DNA of 13,427 nucleotides from a virus (Duplodnaviria; Heunggongvirae; Uroviricota; Caudoviricetes): IMG/VR virus record IMGVR_UViG_2529292909_000008, positions 1 to 13,427 of that record; one strand, 5' to 3'. Shown piece by piece: positions 9,684 to 13,427 of this stretch (position 1 is its first letter; each line of letters starts with the position of its first letter). The notes under the pieces were generated by a model. It saw only the letters and a program-made list of their open reading frames with translations, ran no database searches and was not told where the DNA came from. The position numbers and the translations under genes were made by a program.

Positions 9684-11157
9684 CTCCGGCAGCCCAACCC
9701 TGTGGTGTCAACCGTCCTTCAGACTCAGATGCCCGGTAAGCAAATAGCGTACTCATCGTCGTGGTGTCTGCGGGTGGCGTGGACGGTTTTGATGGTGTAT
9801 CAGGTGACGGCTTCTCATCCGGTGGTGTCACGGTCTGCCCGCGCATCAGTTCAGCCGTGCGCCCTGCATGGAGCATAATAGCTGAGGCCAGACGGTCTGA
9901 AATGACGCCCCTGCGTGCCCATGAGCTGAAATGGCTGTCACGCTGTGTCGAAACAAAACTGCCCTGGGTTCGGGATGCTGCACCGTAATACCCGACAGCC
10001 ACAATATCCGGGTCTTCCGCCGGAGCATTCGTTGGCGTGCTCTGTCCATTCTCATCCGTCAGGAACGGTACAAAGAAAATTTTCTGTGCTTCCTTGCCTT
10101 TGTAGCCACCGTATACTGCCTCATATTTATCGGTGCCAGCGTTTTTCCAGTAATACGTGGTATCACCGCAAATCCACGGCACCGTGGTGGCATTTCCACT
10201 CACGCACTGCGCAGCAAGCGGAGCCAGGTCAGTTCTGAACTGCTGAACCATGGCCGTGAATAAACTATTATGCTGCTGGCTTCCTGAGGCAAGGTCTGCC
10301 TCTCCCTGCATCCAGACCACAGCCAGAAGTTTGTTTTTCGGGTTTTTCGCCAGCGCGACTTTGGTGCGGCTTACCAGGTCCTGATACAGAGGTTTACCGG
10401 CCCCCCAGCGTGAAGAATCAGCGGAAGCACCGCTGGCCTCACTGAATGAGCCGTCGGCTCCAGTGGTGAATGCTGACCCGCCACGACAACAGGGCACCAG
10501 AAGTATCCCGGCATTCTGTGGGATATAGGGAAGCAGTTTTTTGGCAATATGCAACCCCTGACCGACAGTCCCGTACTGGCCTTTTGCCAGATCAGCTTTC
10601 GGGTGGTTTATCCCGCTCATATCCTGAACATCATGCAGGCAGTGGTCTGCCGGAATGATGTCGTTGTATGTACACGACGTACCGTTGGGCGTTACCGTAC
10701 TGCGGCGTGCCAGTTGCTTAATGCGTGGGTCCGGGCGGTCAAACGAATCCGGTAACGGCAGCCCCTCGCCGTAGGCCATGCCATTTGACTGACCCGCGAG
10801 AATGACAACAAAGTAATATTCCGGCTCTGAACTGCTGCCATTCGTGCTACCGGAAGGCCCGGCGTTATCCGGTGCATTCCAGTCGGAGGGCGTGAGCGTT
10901 CCGGCCACGTCAGATGTGATTGGAATGATGCCAGTCACGCCTGAACTGGTGATTTCTGCACTGGGATTACCGGATACCGGCATTACCCATAATGGCTCTT
11001 TCGTGCTGAAGCGGATCACGCAGTCTGCGAAGGTGATCCCCCCTTTATTACCCGAAGGGCGGAAAGGGCTTTCAATAAATGCCACCGTGCCACCGGCAAC
11101 CTTGACTGAAAACTCTCCGGGCATGGCGGAGAGCATTTTCCACTTGGAGTCTGACAT
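9658..11157 (-). CDS. Prophage NanS-p-like sialate 9-O-acetylesterase: N-terminal domain, SGNH/SASA esterase domain and Pro/Ser/Thr linker; C-terminal domain frame-broken
   Basis: 499-aa ORF with the esterase motif block YYFVVILAGQSNGMAYGEGLPLPD...GILLVPCCRGGSAF...WMQGEADL...GDTTYYW, closely resembling E. coli NanS/YjhS and prophage NanS-p proteins (from memory). A linker TPPDEKPSPDTPSKPSTPPADTTT precedes the premature stop at 9658-9660. Confidence 0.8.
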   Translation of the reverse strand: MSDSKWKMLSAMPGEFSVKVAGGTVAFIESPFRPSGNKGGITFADCVIRFSTKEPLWVMPVSGNPSAEITSSGVTGIIPITSDVAGTLTPSDWNAPDNAGPSGSTNGSSSEPEYYFVVILAGQSNGMAYGEGLPLPDSFDRPDPRIKQLARRSTVTPNGTSCTYNDIIPADHCLHDVQDMSGINHPKADLAKGQYGTVGQGLHIAKKLLPYIPQNAGILLVPCCRGGSAFTTGADGSFSEASGASADSSRWGAGKPLYQDLVSRTKVALAKNPKNKLLAVVWMQGEADLASGSQQHNSLFTAMVQQFRTDLAPLAAQCVSGNATTVPWICGDTTYYWKNAGTDKYEAVYGGYKGKEAQKIFFVPFLTDENGQSTPTNAPAEDPDIVAVGYYGAASRTQGSFVSTQRDSHFSSWARRGVISDRLASAIMLHAGRTAELMRGQTVTPPDEKPSPDTPSKPSTPPADTTTMSTLFAYRASESEGRLTPQGWAAGGGKAQNRG

Positions 11158-11242
11158 CGTCTTTTCTGCCTGTTTCTGAATTAAACAGAGTCAGAATAGC
11201 GACCGCTGAAAAATATGTGTTTTGCGGAAATTCAAAAAAGCG

Positions 11243-11815
11243 TCACGGTACTTTTGGTGACGGAGCTGGTGAGGCAGGAAAATAACGATAAAGGGTGGAA
11301 AGGCCAATATCAAATATCAGTGCGATTTGTTTACGGGACTCGCCATTAGCCAGCAAACGGGCGATTTGCTCCCGCTCTTTCTCTGTCAGTTTCTGAGGTC
11401 TGCCGCCATGACGCCCCTGAGCACGGGCAGCAGCAAGACCCGCGCGTGTACGTTCAATAATGAGTTCCCGCTCCATTTCCGCCAGCGCGCCCATTATATG
11501 GAAAAAGAAACGTCCCATGGGAGTGGATGTATCAATATTGTCCGTAATGCTGCGGAAGTTAACGCCGCGTTGCCGGAGTTCTTCTGTTAAAGGACAAGGT
11601 GCTGCATACTGCGTCCAAGGCGATCCAGTTTCCAGACCAGCAGGGTACTCCCCTGGCCGGAGTCGCTTTAATGCGCGTTTAAGTCCGGGACGCTCCCTTG
11701 TCTTACCGCTTATTCTGTCTTCGAAAAACAGCTCACATCCTGCACATTCCAGCGCATTTCTTTGTAGCGCCGTATTCTGGTCATTTGTTGACACCCTGAT
11801 ATACCCAATCAGCAT
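11243..11815 (-). CDS. Gin/Pin/Hin-family serine DNA invertase; the internal catalytic-motif segment is out of frame through two compensating 1-bp indels (probably inactive as written)
   Basis: N-terminus MLIGYIRVSTNDQNT with the catalytic Ser, C-terminal helix-turn-helix region, and ...GRFFFHIMGALAEMERELIIERT... all match Gin/Pin. Residues about 53-77 read PGEYPAGLETGSPWTQYAAPCPLTE in frame, while the +1 frame across the same DNA reads STLLVWKLDRLGRSMQHLV, the conserved serine-recombinase motif. Confidence 0.85.
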   Translation of the reverse strand: MLIGYIRVSTNDQNTALQRNALECAGCELFFEDRISGKTRERPGLKRALKRLRPGEYPAGLETGSPWTQYAAPCPLTEELRQRGVNFRSITDNIDTSTPMGRFFFHIMGALAEMERELIIERTRAGLAAARAQGRHGGRPQKLTEKEREQIARLLANGESRKQIALIFDIGLSTLYRYFPASPAPSPKVP

Positions 11816-11880
11816 ACGATTTCCTTATTATAAAAAGCCGGAATTGTCGCATGAGGAATAAAACAGAGTTAATCCTGGCT

Positions 11881-11906
11881 TTCCTGAAAACCTCGGTTTA
11901 CGGGAA
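11881..11906. other. gix/hix-like 26-bp crossover site (invertase-proximal)
   Basis: TTCCTGAAAACC-TC-GGTTTACGGGAA: two 12-bp half-sites in inverted orientation around a 2-bp core, close to the gix sequence TTCCTGTAAACC-GA-GGTTTTGGATAA (from memory). Located 66 bp upstream of the invertase start. Confidence 0.6.
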
Positions 11907-12253
11907 ACGGTGAATAAGGCGGCGAATGCTCTGCCATCGGACGGCACCGCCGTTGCCGCGAATAGACTCGCCACCCCAAGAAATATTAATGGGGTTCCCT
12001 TTGACGGGACGCAGGACATAAACATCACTTCTGGTATAACACAGCAGGATGCGGATTCCCGATATATCCAGGATATCAGGCTGGGAGCAGAGAACAGGCA
12101 GGTAATGTACGTGGGGCATATTACTCTGCGTACGGTAATGTTATGGCAGGCCTGCAGATTGACAGTAAAGTTGATGCTTCAAACGATTTTATAGCATTCA
12201 GACCCCTGCAAAAATTAGTCGGAGGTACATGGATTACGGTATCTCAGTTATAA
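11895..12253 (+). CDS. Alternative, currently unexpressed tail-fibre C-terminal cassette inside the invertible segment; possible internal frameshift
   Basis: Begins at the crossover site with [42 protein letters not shown]..., a near-repeat of the region of the minus-strand tail-fibre gene just inside its crossover site. The frame ends at 12194; a second frame open from 12005 continues to a tail-fibre-like terminus (...AFRPLQKLVGGTWITVSQL*) at 12253, nearer the tfa start. Confidence 0.5.
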
Positions 12254-12304
12254 ATAGTCAGTAAATAATATATTTTAAAACAGATTTATTTCCAGGAGGA
12301 TTTT

Positions 12305-12826
12305 ATGGAACTAAAAAATATAACCCGTTATTATCCTGAAAATATGCCATATGGTAATAATGTTCAGTATTTCCAGAGTGAAGATGGTAAGGATTTCTAC
12401 GAATCCCTGCCATTATTCACCAAAAAATATAAACTTTGCATAACACCTGACAGCGGCGTTATCTGCTCAATATCACAGGACGCCTCGGCGCTGTATCCTG
12501 CGGGGTTTTCTGTGGTTGAGGTCGATGAACTCCCTGAAGGCACGGATATTTCAGGAAACTGGAAGTTTGATAATGGCATAATCTCCCGTATTCCGGTTAA
12601 CTACGCAAGAAAACTGGAAGCAATGCGCCAGTCATATCTTAATCAGGCATATGAAAAAATTAATGACTGGAGAACGGAGCTACAACTGGGCACCATCAGC
12701 GATGAAGACAGAGCAGCACTTACCCAATGGATGGCATACATCAGTCAGGTGAAGAAAATGGAACTACCCGCCATTAAAACAGAAGCTGAATTTAACGCCA
12801 TTAAATGGCCTGAGCAGCCACAGTAA
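12305..12826 (+). CDS. Tail fibre assembly protein (Tfa/U family chaperone)
   Basis: 173 aa with GGAGGA Shine-Dalgarno; C-terminal region ...DEDRAALTQWMAYISQVKKMELPAIKTEAEFNAIKWPEQPQ* is typical of Tfa proteins; sits directly downstream of the alternative tail-fibre cassette. Confidence 0.85.
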   Translation: MELKNITRYYPENMPYGNNVQYFQSEDGKDFYESLPLFTKKYKLCITPDSGVICSISQDASALYPAGFSVVEVDELPEGTDISGNWKFDNGIISRIPVNYARKLEAMRQSYLNQAYEKINDWRTELQLGTISDEDRAALTQWMAYISQVKKMELPAIKTEAEFNAIKWPEQPQ

Positions 12827-12829
12827 TAA

Positions 12830-12849
12830 AGAAGGCCGGAAGGCCTTCT
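12830..12849. terminator. Perfect 8-bp hairpin between the convergent tfa and tail-fibre stops (bidirectional terminator candidate)
   Basis: AGAAGGCC-ggaa-GGCCTTCT between stops at 12824-12829 and 12858-12860; the minus-strand transcript would carry a U-rich tail after it. Confidence 0.5.
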
Positions 12850-12857
12850 GAATATCA

Positions 12858-13427
12858 TTATATACTTGCAGCCGTCACCCATGCTCCATTTAACAGATAC
12901 TGCAACGGCCGGTAATACACGCCGCCGACGTTATCTGCCGTATTCTTACCGACATCCTGTACTTTAATTCCGGTAAGAACATTGCCGCCCCCCAGATTCA
13001 GATCCCAGCTTTCCCATGTTCCGGGCATATGTGCGGTCACCGACCCCAGTCTTATGGCGGTTACTGTTCCTGATGAGATAGTGATATCCTGCGTCCCGTC
13101 AAAGGGAACACCATTAATTGTGTGGGCATTTGCCAGCCTGTTCGCGGCAACGGCGGTGCCGTCCGATGGCAGGGCATTCGCCGCCCTGTTTACCGTTTCC
13201 CGTAAACCGACGTTATCGATAAAAGCCCCTTTATCCGGAATGTCTGCGCCGTTCTGCTCCCTGCGCAGGTAACGGTTATCACCTTCGCTTTTGCTGTAAA
13301 CATCCAGATTATTACGGGCGGTTCCCTTATTCTCCAGGTCGGCGAGATTCTGATCCTTCGCCAGGGCATTAACGTCAGCGGGACCAAGACCGTTTTTTGT
13401 GGCAAGCGTCCCCAGACCAAGATAACC
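12858..13427 (-). CDS. Phage tail fibre protein, 3' part (constant region plus currently fused variable C-terminal domain); 5' end beyond the window
   Basis: Minus-strand frame is open from the window edge to TAA at 12858-12860 and reads [99 protein letters not shown]...GAWVTAASI*. The first start codon in frame is only at 13040, which is why the track lists just 60 aa. Confidence 0.8.
   Translation of the reverse strand, partial: GYLGLGTLATKNGLGPADVNALAKDQNLADLENKGTARNNLDVYSKSEGDNRYLRREQNGADIPDKGAFIDNVGLRETVNRAANALPSDGTAVAANRLANAHTINGVPFDGTQDITISSGTVTAIRLGSVTAHMPGTWESWDLNLGGGNVLTGIKVQDVGKNTADNVGGVYYRPLQYLLNGAWVTAASI
13197..13222. other. gix/hix-like crossover site inside the tail-fibre gene (junction of constant and variable parts)
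   Basis: TTCCCGTAAACC-GA-CGTTATCGATAA; its inner half-site and the following 19 bp are identical to those of the site at 11881-11906 in inverted orientation, while the outer half-sites differ. Confidence 0.6.

Larger units (their letters stand above)
6611..13427 (-). mobile_element. Mu-like transposable prophage, right-end portion in inverted orientation, continuing beyond the window
   Basis: Insertion inside yaiW; terminus begins 5'-TGTAT as Mu ends do; terminal direct repeats; com-mom as the end-proximal genes; an invertase plus invertible tail-fibre segment further in. This is the Mu right-end gene order with about 3.6 kb of extra cargo. Confidence 0.65.

Noticed and set aside
9014-11179. 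Plus-strand ORFs antisense to the esterase (9014-9331, 9162-9368, 9456-9878, 9761-9988, 9931-10263, 9945-10238, 10470-10658, 10549-10755, 10844-11179) and minus ORFs 9846-10055 and 10692-10877
   Set aside because: All are nested in or antisense to the nanS-p-like gene, whose frame is supported by strong family motifs. GC-rich coding DNA generates such shadow ORFs.
11327-11861. Plus-strand ORFs 11327-11590 and 11460-11861 opposite the invertase
   Set aside because: Antisense to the invertase; the second one is produced by the same DNA that carries the out-of-frame recombinase motif.
11828-13420. ORFs 11828-12028 (-), 12982-13272 (+), 12397-12579 (-) and 13190-13420 (-)
   Set aside because: The first two are mirror-image antisense ORFs of the inverted repeat (both read ...VPSKGTPLI...[23 protein letters not shown]...), which supports the repeat but not coding. 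The others are antisense to or out of frame with tfa and the tail-fibre gene.
6611-13427. Alternative reading of the accessory region as a lambdoid or P2-like prophage
   Set aside because: Invertase, Tfa, tail fibre and nanS-p-like genes occur in those phages too, but the TG-initiated end with direct repeats inside a disrupted host gene and the end-proximal com-mom pair fit a Mu-like transposable phage better. Kept as a caveat, confidence 0.65.

Overview
The window reads as a chromosomal stretch of an Escherichia/Shigella-type genome followed by the right end of a Mu-like transposable prophage. The left 6.6 kb is the yaiT-yaiV-ampH-sbmA-yaiW neighbourhood: the tail of an IS1 copy (1-276) truncates an autotransporter gene (yaiT-like, 277-2997, beta-barrel end intact), then yaiV, ampH (minus strand), sbmA carrying a 1-bp deletion in a G-run, and yaiW cut off after 55 codons. 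From about 6611 to the window edge the prophage lies in inverted orientation: a TG-initiated end with repeated TTTGATAC motifs, mom and com (DNA modification module), a cargo of small uncharacterised ORFs, a nanS-p-like sialate O-acetylesterase with a frame-broken C-terminal domain, a Gin/Pin-family serine invertase whose catalytic motif is out of frame, two gix/hix-like crossover sites flanking a roughly 1.3 kb invertible tail-fibre segment with one tfa gene, and the 3' part of the tail-fibre gene. No rRNA, tRNA or CRISPR array was seen. Every frame disruption I can localise sits on or next to a short homopolymer run, so read-level support is needed to separate real gene decay from assembly error. 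All homology statements are from reading the translations and from memory of the protein families; no database search was run.
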